Notes under the pieces: model-generated
What the model was told of the DNA's origin: nothing
Database searches by the model: none
What the model saw: the letters and a program-made list of their open reading frames with translations, nothing else
In this document: piece by piece, positions 39,421 through 50,891 of the stretch
Layout of the letters: each line of letters begins with the position of its first letter
Position numbering within the stretch: position 1 is the stretch's first letter
From: a bacterium
Lineage (GTDB): Bacteria > SM23-31
NCBI GenBank assembly: GCA_965249485.1
Contig: OZ252239.1
Coordinates: 1,888,001 to 1,952,000, forward strand
Length of the DNA: 64,000 nt
Direction: 5' to 3'
Program-made: the position numbers and the translations under genes

Positions 39421-40839
39421 ATGAGTGAACAAAACACGAACGGCTGGCGTATTGAGCGCGACTCGATGGGAGAAGTTAAAGTGCCTGAAGATGCGTTGTA
39501 CGGTGCACAGGTGCAGCGGGCTGTTGAGAATTTTCCTATAAGCGGTATAAAAGAATCGACGACACTGATTAAAGCGTTTGTTCTGCTAAAAAAATCTGCC
39601 GCTCTAACGAATAAGTCACTCGGATTACTGGATGAAGATAAAGCGGATGCGATCGTTGCTGCAGCAGATGACATTCTTGGCGGAAAATATCATGATCATT
39701 TTGTGGTAGATGTTTTTCAGGCAGGAGCCGGGACATCATTCAACATGAACTCCAATGAAGTCCTTGCTAATCTTGCTTGTGAAAAATTAGGGAAAGAGCG
39801 GGGAGACCATTATGTTCACCCGAATGACCATGTTAACATGGGGCAGTCAACAAACGATACTTTTCCGACATCGATGCGGATTGCAGCTCGAATGGATCTA
39901 CAGGAACTTTATCCGGTCCTTGACGACCTTTCCGAGTCTTTTGCAAAGAAGGGGAAAGAATTTGACTCTATCATGAAATCGGGACGTACCCATCTGCAGG
40001 ATGCGGTTCCCATCAGGCTCGGTCAGGAGTTTACAGCATACTCGATCACTATTGACAAGGCGAAGAAGCGAATAGAAGCGGCAGAAAAGATGATTTCCGA
40101 ACTTGGAATTGGCGGGAGCGCAGTCGGAACAGGATTAAATGTCCATCCGGACTATCCAAAGAAAATTACTGAAGAGATTTCCCGGGAGACAGGGCTTGAA
40201 TATACAACAGCTCTTGATTTGCGAGAAGCGATGCAGAGCCATCTTCCCATTGCCACGGTTTCAGGAGTGCTCAAGAATCTGGCACTCGAATTAACGAGAA
40301 TTGCTAACGACCTTCGGCTTTTGAGTTCTGGACCGACAACCGGATTTGCAGAGATAGTCCTGCCTCCGGTACAGCCGGGATCATCAATTATGCCTGGTAA
40401 AGTCAATCCGGTTATGGCCGAGATGTTGAACATGGTCTGTTATCAGGTTATCGGAAACGACACTACTGTCTCAATGGGTGTCCAGGCTGGTCAAATGGAG
40501 TTGAATGTCATGATGCCTGTCATGATTTTTAATGTACTGTTGAGTATACAGATTCTGACGAATTCACTCCGAGTTTTCAAAACAAAATGTGTCGACGGAA
40601 TCACAGCCAATCCGGAACGGTGCAGGGAATATGCCGAAAAGAGTGTCGGGCTGGCAACAATCTTGAATACTTATATCGGCTATGACAATGCGGCGCAAAT
40701 CGCAAAAGAATCGGTCAAAACTGGCCGGTCAATTCCGGAGTTGATCCTTGAGAAGAAGCTTTTGACAAAAGATCAGCTAAATAGTATTCTCGATACCATG
40801 ACCGTGACAGAACCTGGAATTCCGGGTAAAACAGACTGA
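39421..40839 (+). CDS. Class II fumarate hydratase / aspartate ammonia-lyase
   Basis: GRTHLQDAVP and GSSIMPGKVNP. FumC versus AspA cannot be resolved by eye. Confidence 0.9.
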   Translation: MSEQNTNGWRIERDSMGEVKVPEDALYGAQVQRAVENFPISGIKESTTLIKAFVLLKKSAALTNKSLGLLDEDKADAIVAAADDILGGKYHDHFVVDVFQAGAGTSFNMNSNEVLANLACEKLGKERGDHYVHPNDHVNMGQSTNDTFPTSMRIAARMDLQELYPVLDDLSESFAKKGKEFDSIMKSGRTHLQDAVPIRLGQEFTAYSITIDKAKKRIEAAEKMISELGIGGSAVGTGLNVHPDYPKKITEEISRETGLEYTTALDLREAMQSHLPIATVSGVLKNLALELTRIANDLRLLSSGPTTGFAEIVLPPVQPGSSIMPGKVNPVMAEMLNMVCYQVIGNDTTVSMGVQAGQMELNVMMPVMIFNVLLSIQILTNSLRVFKTKCVDGITANPERCREYAEKSVGLATILNTYIGYDNAAQIAKESVKTGRSIPELILEKKLLTKDQLNSILDTMTVTEPGIPGKTD

Positions 40840-40926
40840 AAAGTTCAAATGTTTGGTAGCGGTAACATTTTTTACAATACTGCTATAATACTATTTTGTA
40901 ATCGATTAAGGAAAAATAAAAGAATT

Positions 40927-41871
40927 ATGGGTGATATTCAGAAAACACAGGTACTCATTCTCGGATCAGGTCCGGCAGGATCGACAGCAGCATTGTACAG
41001 TTCCCGTGCCGATCTTAAGACTCTAGTAATTGAAGGCGGACAGCCTGGTGGTCAGCTCACTATCACAACGGATGTTGAGAATTTTCCCGGATTTGTTGAC
41101 GGCATTATGGGGCCGGAGCTTGTGGAGAGTTTCAAAAAACAAGCAATGCGGTTCGGTACGGAATATGTATTTGATACAATCGTTGAGGCAGAGTTGTCGA
41201 AACGGCCCTTTGTATTGAAGAGCGAAAATAGTACATACGAATGTGATGTATTGATTATTGCATCGGGTGCATCTGCCCGTATGATCGGCATTGAATCGGA
41301 AAAAGAGCTGATGGGTTATGGTGTTTCTACATGTGCGACCTGCGATGGTTTTTTCTTTAAAAAAAAAGAGTTAATCGTAGTAGGAGGCGGTGATTCGGCG
41401 ATGGAAGAAGCGATTTTTCTCACAAAATTTGCCACTAAGGTTACCGTTGTGCATAGACGAGATGCTCTGAGGGCTTCGAAAATTATGCAGGAACGCGCAT
41501 TGAAGCATGAGAAAATATCCTTTATATGGGATTCTATTGTAGAGGAAATTCTCGGTACGCAAGCTGATGGAGTCCGGGGAGTTAAAATACGCAATGTCAA
41601 AACAGATGAGATCACAGAGTATCCCTGTGAAGGTGTATTTACTGCTATTGGCCATGTTCCCAACTCTGATGTATTCAATGGGCAGCTCGACATGGACGAG
41701 AACGGCTATTTAATCACGCAGTCTGATTCCACAGCCACTAACATTCTGGGTGTTTTTGCCAGCGGTGATGTGCAGGATCATGTGTTCAGACAGGCTATTA
41801 CCGCAGCAGGTAGCGGATGCATGGCGGCAATGGAAGCAGAGCGGTATCTCGAAAATAATGGAACTGCTTAA
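40927..41871 (+). CDS. trxB: Thioredoxin reductase
   Basis: GSGPAG, CATCDG, GGGDSAMEEA, GDVQD..FRQA.TAAG.G. Likely start is ATG 40927. Confidence 0.97.
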   Translation: MGDIQKTQVLILGSGPAGSTAALYSSRADLKTLVIEGGQPGGQLTITTDVENFPGFVDGIMGPELVESFKKQAMRFGTEYVFDTIVEAELSKRPFVLKSENSTYECDVLIIASGASARMIGIESEKELMGYGVSTCATCDGFFFKKKELIVVGGGDSAMEEAIFLTKFATKVTVVHRRDALRASKIMQERALKHEKISFIWDSIVEEILGTQADGVRGVKIRNVKTDEITEYPCEGVFTAIGHVPNSDVFNGQLDMDENGYLITQSDSTATNILGVFASGDVQDHVFRQAITAAGSGCMAAMEAERYLENNGTA

Positions 41872-41982
41872 ATCTTTCAAGTAACAACCCGAATGGTTGG
41901 AAATTCATTTATATCGATACACACATATTTGATGAACTGAAAAAGTATAATTGCCTGCGAGTTACATAAACAGGAATCCAAA

Positions 41983-43398
41983 ATGAAATTTGAAATCGTG
42001 TTACCTCAGATGGGAGAAAGTATTACAGAAGGAACTTTGCTGCACTGGTTTAAAAGACCGGGTGACAGAGTTGAAAAAGACGAAGTCCTTTATGAAATAA
42101 GTACTGATAAAGTTGATTCTGAGATTCCATCTCCTATATCGGGTGTTATAACCGAAATAAAGGTAAAGGAAGGTGAATCTGCATCAATCGATTCTGTTCT
42201 TGCCTATGTTGAAACGGAAGAAAAAATAGAACTTTTTCATTCCGGATTAAAAAAGTCTCCGGAACAGGAACTGGAGCCTCAAATTGTTCCGAAACAACGT
42301 GTTAAAGTCCCAATGCCCCCACTTATTCAGCCGGATCCGGTTGAACCGGTACTCCATGATGATGAGCTGATGGAAGTTTGGCAAGATTCGATTTCAATAA
42401 AAAAGGATGATCAAAACGGAAAAAAACGTTTTTATTCTCCACTGGTTCTTCGAATTGCACATAAAGAAGGAATACCTCTATCAGCATTGGAAACCTTGAA
42501 GGGTTCGGGTATCGGAGGGAGAATAACAAAAAGGGATATTCTCCAGAATGTCTCCAAATTGAAACGACAAAGTGCGGCTCTTTCTCCTGTAATACAACCG
42601 GGAGTTCAGGTTATGCCTCCCGATGCTCATATTACAACTCCTTCACAGCAAATCGTGACCCGTGATGCTGCAAGCATACGTGAAAAGCCGAAAGTTGAGT
42701 TCGGCGTCGATGGAATATCTGTGGTACCGATGGACTCCATGAGAGCAATTATAGCCGAACACATGCTGAAAAGTGTCCAGACTTCTCCCCATGTGACAGC
42801 TGTCTCCGAAGCAGATGTGACGTCACTGGTTCAGTACAGGGATCAGGAAAACCCTTTATTTAAATCACGGGAAGGATTCTCGCTGAATTACACTGCATTT
42901 ATTGCTCGTGCTTTAGTGCTTGCAATAGGAGATTTTCCTGAGATGAATGCATCGGTTGACGGAACAAATATTATTTATAAACGCCATATAAATATTGGTA
43001 TTGCGGTTGCTCTTGAATATGGACTGATTGTTCCGGTTGTAAAGCACACTGAGGAAAAAACACTTGTCGGCCTTGCTCGGTCTGTATACGATGTGAGTTC
43101 CCGTGCCCGGAACAAGAAACTAATGCCCGATGAAATAATTGACTCAACAATTACGATTACCAATTTTGGATCATTTGGTAACGTTATCGGCACACCGATT
43201 ATACACCAGCCGAATGTTGCTATTTTGGGAGTCGGAGCGATAAAAAAACGCCCTGAAGTGATCGGTGGTGCCATTGCAATACGAGATATGGTCTATTTGT
43301 CGCTCTCATTTGATCACCGAATTGTTGACGGTGCTTCTGGTGGAATGTTTGTCTCAAAGATAGCAGAACACCTTGAAAATTTTGAAGAATTACTATGA
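41983..43398 (+). CDS. Dihydrolipoamide acyltransferase (E2), one lipoyl domain
   Basis: STDKVDSE lipoyl Lys, SPLV.RIA E3-binding domain, DHRIVDG. Confidence 0.95.
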   Translation: MKFEIVLPQMGESITEGTLLHWFKRPGDRVEKDEVLYEISTDKVDSEIPSPISGVITEIKVKEGESASIDSVLAYVETEEKIELFHSGLKKSPEQELEPQIVPKQRVKVPMPPLIQPDPVEPVLHDDELMEVWQDSISIKKDDQNGKKRFYSPLVLRIAHKEGIPLSALETLKGSGIGGRITKRDILQNVSKLKRQSAALSPVIQPGVQVMPPDAHITTPSQQIVTRDAASIREKPKVEFGVDGISVVPMDSMRAIIAEHMLKSVQTSPHVTAVSEADVTSLVQYRDQENPLFKSREGFSLNYTAFIARALVLAIGDFPEMNASVDGTNIIYKRHINIGIAVALEYGLIVPVVKHTEEKTLVGLARSVYDVSSRARNKKLMPDEIIDSTITITNFGSFGNVIGTPIIHQPNVAILGVGAIKKRPEVIGGAIAIRDMVYLSLSFDHRIVDGASGGMFVSKIAEHLENFEELL

Positions 43399-44330
43399 GT
43401 GAAAAACAGCAATTAGAAAATACAATAGATGATTCTGTCCGACAAACAGAAAGTCATTCTGCTATTGAACCAATGATGAAAAAGTCAGGTAATGGGCGGA
43501 AACCTGACTGGCTCAAAGTGCGTTTGTCGGCGAGTAAAGAGTATGCAGAAATTAAAGGTTTGGTTAAAAATCATGCGCTCCATACTGTGTGTGAGAGTGC
43601 GCGCTGTCCCAATATTGGTGAATGCTGGGGACAGCGGACAGCGACATTCATGATACTCGGTGATATTTGTACACGGAGCTGCGGATTCTGTGCAGTAAAA
43701 ACTGGAAATCCCATAAGCCTGGACGCGCGTGAACCGGAACGGGTTGCTGCTGCTGTGAAAACGCTGCAGCTCGAACATGCTGTTATAACTTCGGTAAACC
43801 GGGATGAATTGTCCGACGGAGGGAGTTTAATATTTGCCGAAACCATTCACGCCGTGCGTAAAGTTGTTCCCGATTGTAGAATTGAAGTTCTGATACCTGA
43901 TTTTAAAGGGTGCCGGGAAAGTCTAAACAATGTTCTCGATGCTAAACCCGATATTCTCAACCACAATACCGAAACGGTTCAACGGCTCTACAAAACAGTG
44001 CGGCCGCAGGCGCACTATCAACAGTCTCTTGATGTGATCAAAAACGCAAAAGAATATGGAGCACTGACGAAGTCGGGTATTATGGTAGGTATCGGTGAAA
44101 ATAACGACGAAGTTTTACAGGTTATGCAGGACCTGAGTAAGCATGGATGTGACATCATGACAATCGGGCAGTATCTGCAGCCAACGAGAAATCACCTTCC
44201 TATCAATAGATATGTCACTCCGCAGGAGTTTCTAGAATTTAAACGATTCGGAAAATCACTTGGATTTCGTCATGTTGAATCCGGTCCTCTTGTCCGCAGT
44301 TCATACCATGCCGCAAGTCATGTTAATTGA
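43395..44330 (+). CDS. lipA: Lipoyl synthase
   Basis: [26 protein letters not shown]. Confidence 0.98.
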   Translation: MSEKQQLENTIDDSVRQTESHSAIEPMMKKSGNGRKPDWLKVRLSASKEYAEIKGLVKNHALHTVCESARCPNIGECWGQRTATFMILGDICTRSCGFCAVKTGNPISLDAREPERVAAAVKTLQLEHAVITSVNRDELSDGGSLIFAETIHAVRKVVPDCRIEVLIPDFKGCRESLNNVLDAKPDILNHNTETVQRLYKTVRPQAHYQQSLDVIKNAKEYGALTKSGIMVGIGENNDEVLQVMQDLSKHGCDIMTIGQYLQPTRNHLPINRYVTPQEFLEFKRFGKSLGFRHVESGPLVRSSYHAASHVN

Positions 44331-44430
44331 TGCATAGGGCGATCAAGTATTTGGGGATTTTCAAATTTCAGGATCTATTGATACAATTATAGTGTTGTAT
44401 TGTTTGCCATTCGAATATCTTGTGAAATGC

Positions 44431-44459
44431 TTGACTTTTAGTGCTGTTGATTGTACCTT
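44431..44459 (+). promoter_or_regulatory. sigma70 promoter of nuoB-iscS
   Basis: TTGACT-N17-TACCTT. Confidence 0.5.
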
Positions 44460-44564
44460 TCTACAATTGGATATGTAATTTAGAAACCATTTTTGAAATT
44501 ATTGTTTATACAGTATTTATAGATTTTCACAAGGAAAGATTCGCTATTAACACAGGGTAATATT

Positions 44565-45044
44565 ATGGGACTTGAGACAAAACTTGGCGATGGAATTCTT
44601 ACTACGCAGCTAGACAAATTAGTAAACTGGTCAAGAAAAAACTCAATGTGGCCAATGCCGTTCGGAACAGCATGCTGCGCTATTGAGCTTATGGGAACAC
44701 TTGCTTCTCGGTATGATCTTGCGCGGTTCGGAATGGAAAGGTTGAGTTTTTCTCCACGCCAATCCGATGTCATGATCGTTGCCGGAAGAGTAGCAATAAA
44801 AATGATGCCGGTACTGCTTCGTATCTGGCAGCAAATGCCTGAACCAAAATGGTGTGTGTCGATGGGTGCCTGTGCATCAACAGGAGGAGTGTTCAATACC
44901 TATACGTTGATTCAGGGTATCGATCAATTTTTGCCAGTCGATGTATATATTCCCGGATGCCCTCCCTGTCCCGAAGCAGTAATCGATGGGATGATGAAAT
45001 TGCAGGAGATTGTCCAACGTGATACAGTAAAGAATCGCGTTTAG
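44565..45044 (+). CDS. nuoB: NADH-quinone oxidoreductase subunit B
   Basis: [34 protein letters not shown]. Confidence 0.95.
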   Translation: MGLETKLGDGILTTQLDKLVNWSRKNSMWPMPFGTACCAIELMGTLASRYDLARFGMERLSFSPRQSDVMIVAGRVAIKMMPVLLRIWQQMPEPKWCVSMGACASTGGVFNTYTLIQGIDQFLPVDVYIPGCPPCPEAVIDGMMKLQEIVQRDTVKNRV

Positions 45045-45071
45045 GTTGACGAGTATCGGAGTGAATGGGAA

Positions 45072-46259
45072 ATGCAATTGCCAATATATATGGATAGTCA
45101 TGCAACGACACCGGTAGATCCGCAAGTGTTTGAGGCAATGTTGCCGTATTTTAAGGACCAATTCGGCAATGCTGCCAGCAGTTCTCACACATTTGGATGG
45201 GCTGCTGACGAAGCGGTTGAGAAAGCGCGTTTGCAGATTGCGGACCTTCTGAATGCCGATTCATCTGAAATCATCTTCACGAGCGGTGCAACAGAATCTA
45301 ACAATCTTGCATTGCGTGGTATTATGGAAATGTATCCCGAAAAAGGCAATCATATTATTACCGCGCAAACAGAACATAAATCGGTACTCGACACATGTGA
45401 ATCCCTGAATTCGCTCCATTGTGATGTGACTGTTCTCCCTGTTGATCAGTATGGATGTGTCAATCCCGACGATATCAGGAAAGCGATCACAAATAAGACC
45501 GTTTTGGTATCCATTATGGCGGCGAATAACGAGATCGGAACCATATATCCTTTGGAAGAAATCGGAAAAATTACGAGGGAAACCGGTGTTTTTCTGCACA
45601 CGGATGCAGTGCAGGCTGTTGGAAAAATTCCTTTTGATGTTGAATCGATGAATATTGATGTGGCGTCGATCAGTGCTCATAAAATGTACGGTCCGAAAGG
45701 GATTGGAGCACTCTATATACGAAAGAAAAATCCCCGTGTAAAAGTAAAACCGATAATTGAAGGTGGCGGCCATGAGCGGGGAATGCGTTCAGGAACACTC
45801 AATGTCCCCGGTATTGTTGGAATGGGAGAAGCATGTGCGGTATGCAGACGGGAAATGCATAAGGAATCAAAACGGCTCAAAAACTTGCGAGACAAACTTT
45901 ATTATTCAATAAAGGAGACGCTTGAGGACGTCCACTTGAACGGGCATCAGCATCAACGTCTTCCTCATAATCTGAGTCTGGCATTTAATGGTGTTGAGGG
46001 ACAGTCACTTCTACTTGGGTTACGGAATGTTGCTCTCTCTGCCGGCTCAGCCTGTACCTCGAAAGATCCGGGACCATCAGAGGTTCTTATGGCGTTAGGA
46101 TTCGGAGAAGAACGGGCATTTAATACGATCCGTTTCGGACTCCACCGGTTTACAAAAGAAGAAGAAGTCGATTATGTCGCTGAAGAAGTGGTTCGGAATG
46201 TAAAACAACTGCGTGAGTTGTCTCCGATTTACACAGAAAGAAAAATGGCTTTAAAATAA
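45072..46259 (+). CDS. iscS: Cysteine desulfurase (group I)
   Basis: YMD..ATTP.DP, SAHKMYGPKG, RSGTLN, GSACTS. Confidence 0.96.
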   Translation: MQLPIYMDSHATTPVDPQVFEAMLPYFKDQFGNAASSSHTFGWAADEAVEKARLQIADLLNADSSEIIFTSGATESNNLALRGIMEMYPEKGNHIITAQTEHKSVLDTCESLNSLHCDVTVLPVDQYGCVNPDDIRKAITNKTVLVSIMAANNEIGTIYPLEEIGKITRETGVFLHTDAVQAVGKIPFDVESMNIDVASISAHKMYGPKGIGALYIRKKNPRVKVKPIIEGGGHERGMRSGTLNVPGIVGMGEACAVCRREMHKESKRLKNLRDKLYYSIKETLEDVHLNGHQHQRLPHNLSLAFNGVEGQSLLLGLRNVALSAGSACTSKDPGPSEVLMALGFGEERAFNTIRFGLHRFTKEEEVDYVAEEVVRNVKQLRELSPIYTERKMALK

Positions 46260-46383
46260 AACATATCACTCTGATAAATGAAAATAAAAGAAACATCGCA
46301 ACCTTAATAATTGTTAAAGCTGTAGATTGGTTCATTGTTAATACATATTATAGTATAAAATTATAATAGAGGAAGCTCATCAT

Positions 46384-46746
46384 ATGAGTGACGCACAAGC
46401 AAAATCGGAAATTGAAAACCCTATTCAGGTTACCGACAAAGCATTGAAAGAAATTAAGCGTATTATGGAGCTAGAAGATGCTTCATCTGAAAGCGGATTA
46501 AAAGTAGGGGTAAAGGGGGGTGGCTGTTCCGGATTGTTATACACGATGGAATTTGCAGCTGCACCACAAGAGGGGGAACGGATTTTTGAACATAATGAAA
46601 TCAAATTATTTGTGGACTTAAAAAGCTTTCTTTATCTTCAGGGGATGACTCTTGACTTTTCTGATGGTTTGAATGGAAAAGGGTTTCAATTTTCTAATCC
46701 GAATGCAACTAAAACTTGTGGATGCGGAGCTTCGTTCGGAGTATGA
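46384..46746 (+). CDS. iscA: A-type Fe-S carrier (IscA/HesB)
   Basis: GGGCSG and NPNA..TCGCG.SF. Confidence 0.95.
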   Translation: MSDAQAKSEIENPIQVTDKALKEIKRIMELEDASSESGLKVGVKGGGCSGLLYTMEFAAAPQEGERIFEHNEIKLFVDLKSFLYLQGMTLDFSDGLNGKGFQFSNPNATKTCGCGASFGV

Positions 46747-46801
46747 CATATCGATATTCTGAAGTGTTTCTGTTACAATTACCTGATAATGAGGAGGAAC
46801 T

Positions 46802-47302
46802 ATGGCAGCAATTACACTAGGCGGTAACGCTATAAATACATCCGGTAGTTTGCCGGCAATTGGTACCAATGCACCCGATTTTTTACTTACAAAGAACGAT
46901 TTGTCCGATGTGACTATAAAGGATTTCTCCGGTAAAAACATTGTGCTGAATATTTTTCCCAGCCTCGATACGGGAATATGTGCTGCCTCTGTACGCAGAT
47001 TTAATGCCGAAGCGGGCAACCTCGATAACACTGTCGTACTCTGTATTTCAGTTGATCTACCGTTCGCACATAATCGATTCTGCGAAGCGGAGGGTATCGA
47101 CAATGTTGTTACACTTTCTGATTTGCGGAATAAAGATTTTGGCGAAAAATATAGCGTCAGAATTGTTGACGGTCCACTTGCTGGAGTGTTTTCACGTGCA
47201 ATAGTAATTGTCAATACTGAAGGAAAGGTCATCTACTCGGAACAGGTGCCTGAAATTAAACAGGAACCTAATTATGAAGCTGCTCTTAAAGTACTCAGTT
47301 AA
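46802..47302 (+). CDS. tpx: Thiol peroxidase
   Basis: FPSLDT.ICA.S.R.FN and DLPFA..RFC. Confidence 0.95.
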   Translation: MAAITLGGNAINTSGSLPAIGTNAPDFLLTKNDLSDVTIKDFSGKNIVLNIFPSLDTGICAASVRRFNAEAGNLDNTVVLCISVDLPFAHNRFCEAEGIDNVVTLSDLRNKDFGEKYSVRIVDGPLAGVFSRAIVIVNTEGKVIYSEQVPEIKQEPNYEAALKVLS

Positions 47303-47368
47303 TGATGGTCAAAACCAATGAGTCGATCCTGCTTCAATAAGCACATTGATTAAAAGGATAAAATTACC

Positions 47369-47914
47369 ATGATTCGTCAAAATTTGAATCTTACCTTAGG
47401 AGACAAACTCTATTTTCCGGCAATTTTCCGAGGAATGTGGGTTACCTTAAAACATCTGGTTCGGCCTCATAAGCGAGTAACGATTCAGTATCCCGAAGAA
47501 CGGCGTGACCGGCCTGCACATTATAGAGGTTTTCACCGGCTAAACAAAGACGACAAAGGCAGAATCAAATGTGTTGCGTGTGAGATGTGTGCAACTGCAT
47601 GTCCGGCACATTGCATTACTATCGAGCCTCAGGAAACTCCCGCCGAATGGACCGACCGAGAACGGATGCCGAAAATTTTTGAAATAGATATGCTCAAGTG
47701 TATTTACTGTGGAATGTGTGAAGAAGCGTGTCCCGTCAATGCAATAGAATTGACTAAAATTCATGATTGGGCTGCCTATTCACGGGACGAAATGGTATGG
47801 AATAGAGAAAAACTGCTTGGAATGTACGATCAAACCACGAATGAAGCGCTCATGGCCGAAATCGGTCTTTCGCTCAATCCTCAGGATCAATTAAAAAGAT
47901 CTCCTGTTGCATAA
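47369..47914 (+). CDS. nuoI: NADH-quinone oxidoreductase subunit I
   Basis: TIQYPEE, CVACEMCATACP, CIYCGMCEEACP. Confidence 0.93.
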   Translation: MIRQNLNLTLGDKLYFPAIFRGMWVTLKHLVRPHKRVTIQYPEERRDRPAHYRGFHRLNKDDKGRIKCVACEMCATACPAHCITIEPQETPAEWTDRERMPKIFEIDMLKCIYCGMCEEACPVNAIELTKIHDWAAYSRDEMVWNREKLLGMYDQTTNEALMAEIGLSLNPQDQLKRSPVA

Positions 47915-48156
47915 TCAATGAAAATATATTTGGTATTTTGACACACAGGTGTTGGTGGTTATTGATACGTCTGACCATCTGTGTAGAACCGGAAAACGTA
48001 CGTCCATTCAAAAAGAATATACTCTCTATTATTGTATTGCGTTGTAGTTTTAAATTGAATATATTTTATATTGATTCAAACCGTGCACTTGTGTTATTAA
48101 TAGAAATGCTTAAACTGGTTTGCCATGGTGAAAAATAAAGTACGGGACATTGTTAG

Positions 48157-49476
48157 ATGAAAATCAGAATTCCCCGAGAACAGTTAAAGGTTGGGATGTT
48201 TATTGAGCGTGCGATTATCGATAAATCGGACAAGAAATCAACCGATGTCGATTTTATTCAGAATGTACTGATAGATTCTCAAAAAAAGCTCAAAGAATTA
48301 AAAAGTAATAATATCAAGTTTCTTATTATTGATACTACCAAAGCACAGAAAATAGTCCCAAAGAAAAAGCCGGAACCAGAACCTAAACCTGAGCCAAAGG
48401 AAGAACCTCCTGTAGTTGTTGCAGAACCCATTATCGAAAAGGTAGAGGAACCAGAACCGGAAGAAGAGGAATTGCTCGAATCGTTTGACGATGTGCCTAA
48501 AGAGAAAAAGGGCGGCTCTGTTGTTTCGTTTGAAGTGGAACTGGAAAAAGCCCGCGAAATTAAGCAGGCTGCTGTTGCTAACGTGAAAAATATGCTCCAG
48601 GCGTCAGCAATTGGGAAAAGTTTCGATACAGAACCTGCAAAAGAGCAGATCAATGACATGGTAAAAAGTGTGTTCCGGAATAAGGACGCAATGTTAAGTT
48701 TGACACGACTGAAAAGTTTTGATGAATATACATTTACCCATTCCGTTAACGTTACGGTTCTTGCCGTAGCCTTAGCAAAAGAGACCGGATTTTCGAAAGA
48801 GAAAGTCGAAATGATCGGTCTGGGAGGGATGTTGCACGATGTCGGGAAGATGAAAGTTCCCGATGAAATCCTGAATAAACCGGGTAGACTCACACCGGAA
48901 GAACGGCTTGAGATACAGAAACACACAACGTATGCATATGAGATTCTGAAAGAGCGGGGGGATATTCCTGAAGTTGCTCAGCAGATGGCATATGAGCACC
49001 ACGAACGGATCGATGGAACCGGCTATCCATGCAGCAAAAAAGAGAGTGAACTGCTTGATGAAAGTATGCTGACCGGTGTAGTGGATGTCTATGATGCATT
49101 GACCAGTGCTCGTGTTTACAAACCGGGAATGCCGCCACCGCACGCACTCTCGTTTATCAAAGCACGAGCAGAAACAGAATTCAGAGCAGAATATGTTGAC
49201 AAATTTATTGAAGTTATCGGTATATTCCCGGTCGGAAGTCTTGTAGAATTCAATACAGGGCAGATTGGTATAGTGAAAGAAGTGAATCGGGATAACCTCT
49301 TCGAACCTTATGTGCTGCTGGTTATGAATGCTCAGAAGCAAAAGCTCGGTACGGCACGTGAATTAGATCCGTCAAAATACGAAAGTGGAAGAATGAAAAT
49401 TGTTCGGTATCACGATCCGGACGATCTCGGAATTATTGTCTCCGATTTTCTCGATCTTGACGCTAAGCGGATCTGA
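48157..49476 (+). CDS. HD-GYP c-di-GMP phosphodiesterase with a DUF3391-like N-terminus and a P/E-rich linker
   Basis: LKVGMFI, HSVNV, LHDVGK, HHERIDGTGYP, DVYDALTS.R.YK. Confidence 0.92.
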   Translation: MKIRIPREQLKVGMFIERAIIDKSDKKSTDVDFIQNVLIDSQKKLKELKSNNIKFLIIDTTKAQKIVPKKKPEPEPKPEPKEEPPVVVAEPIIEKVEEPEPEEEELLESFDDVPKEKKGGSVVSFEVELEKAREIKQAAVANVKNMLQASAIGKSFDTEPAKEQINDMVKSVFRNKDAMLSLTRLKSFDEYTFTHSVNVTVLAVALAKETGFSKEKVEMIGLGGMLHDVGKMKVPDEILNKPGRLTPEERLEIQKHTTYAYEILKERGDIPEVAQQMAYEHHERIDGTGYPCSKKESELLDESMLTGVVDVYDALTSARVYKPGMPPPHALSFIKARAETEFRAEYVDKFIEVIGIFPVGSLVEFNTGQIGIVKEVNRDNLFEPYVLLVMNAQKQKLGTARELDPSKYESGRMKIVRYHDPDDLGIIVSDFLDLDAKRI

Positions 49477-49494
49477 AAAATTTAATGTGAAGTG

Positions 49495-50439
49495 TTATTT
49501 CTTCTTAAAAAACCTCTCCAATACTTCCTGTTTTTCCTTTAACTTATTTATTTTGATCTCACTTTCCTTCCCTAATTCTGTTCCGGGAGCAAGTTCAAGA
49601 ACTTTTAAATAGTAAGCAATAGAGTTGCTATAATCGCGTTTTTCGTGTTGTTCGTGTGCTTGTGCAAGAAAATAATAGGAAACGGGATCATCCGGTCTTA
49701 CGTTCACTGCATTGTTAAAAGATTCGATTGCTGCTGACATGGCAGTGGCTGTTCCGAGACTGAAATGATACTTTCCTTCCGCGATATGCTGCAAATACCT
49801 GGCTTCCCGATCCTCCGATTTAATTGTAAGATATTGTTTGTAATTTTCGGACGATTCATAAAACATTCCCGCATCATAGTCACTTCTCGCGCTCTCGAGA
49901 AGTTCTTGTGCACGGGTTGTTAAGAAAGAAACTTTCTCCACCGCTATATTACTGAGTTCAGAACGGTTGTCCTGTTGTGCTAATACTTCGTAAGCCTGCA
50001 GCACATTGGATGTATCACCGTTCTTTTCATAGATCGCTACCAGTATTTCATATACTGGAAGAAAATCGGGATTACTCCTCTTTAAACTTTCATATTCGGC
50101 GAGGGCTTCTTTTTCAAATCCTTTCTTTTCAAGGTCCTGACCTTGTTGAAGCCGTACCTTGGGCATGCGCGACTTAACTTCAGCCCAATCAGGCTTCAAT
50201 CTGAGAGCCTCAGTAAACGCTTGAAGTGCAAGATTGAATTCATTGATACCGAGATAGGCATCACCTAATTTTAAATAAGCGGTGTGATTATTCGGATCAT
50301 AAGAAACAAGACTTTTATATTCCTCTATTGCGCCTTCATAATTTTGTTGCGACATATATGTGTCTCCCTTCTGCAGCGAGCCCGCACATTGTACACTGAG
50401 AAATGCAACAAAACACAATACTAAAATACGGTTATTCAT
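49495..50439 (-). CDS. TPR-repeat (lipo)protein
   Basis: Signal peptide ending in Cys, followed by repeated TPR helices (AYLKLGDAY...ALRLKP). Confidence 0.85.
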   Translation of the reverse strand: MNNRILVLCFVAFLSVQCAGSLQKGDTYMSQQNYEGAIEEYKSLVSYDPNNHTAYLKLGDAYLGINEFNLALQAFTEALRLKPDWAEVKSRMPKVRLQQGQDLEKKGFEKEALAEYESLKRSNPDFLPVYEILVAIYEKNGDTSNVLQAYEVLAQQDNRSELSNIAVEKVSFLTTRAQELLESARSDYDAGMFYESSENYKQYLTIKSEDREARYLQHIAEGKYHFSLGTATAMSAAIESFNNAVNVRPDDPVSYYFLAQAHEQHEKRDYSNSIAYYLKVLELAPGTELGKESEIKINKLKEKQEVLERFFKKK

Positions 50440-50612
50440 GCTGACCTTTCATCCTTAATGGAGCTTAATAATGTTCCAATTCTGAGAAAAAACATCAAAA
50501 TACTACTATAATTATACAAATACAAAACAAAAATATTGCACGAGGAATTGATTTATTTAATTCAGGAGATATGTTGATGGCAGTTTGATCAGATGTCTGC
50601 ACGACTATTATC

Positions 50613-50641
50613 TTGACTTTTATTGAAAAAATTATTAAAAT
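50613..50641 (+). promoter_or_regulatory. sigma70 promoter about 250 nt upstream of nadE
   Basis: TTGACT-N17-TAAAAT. Confidence 0.5.
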
Positions 50642-50891
50642 TAATAGTTTTCGATCGCAAAAACCATCCGTGTATATCTAATATTATCAAAGAGTTGCGC
50701 CATATTGAGAATGCGGGAGTTTATTTTATAATGTTTAAGAGTTCAAATCTGTATATCCGCTGATGTATATATGTTATTGAAGTAAGGATAGCCGTATCAG
50801 ATGAAAAATTGGCACATCTCCATATCGTACAATCTGCATGTATCATATTTCTGCACAAACCGAAATATTGAATCTGGAAAGCTGTAGTATA

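Noticed and set aside
48360..48480. GAACC-rich repeat in the HD-GYP gene
   Set aside because: An ordinary Pro/Glu/Lys linker.
50808..50824. TTGGCAC as a sigma54 promoter
   Set aside because: No TTGC -12 element at the required spacing.
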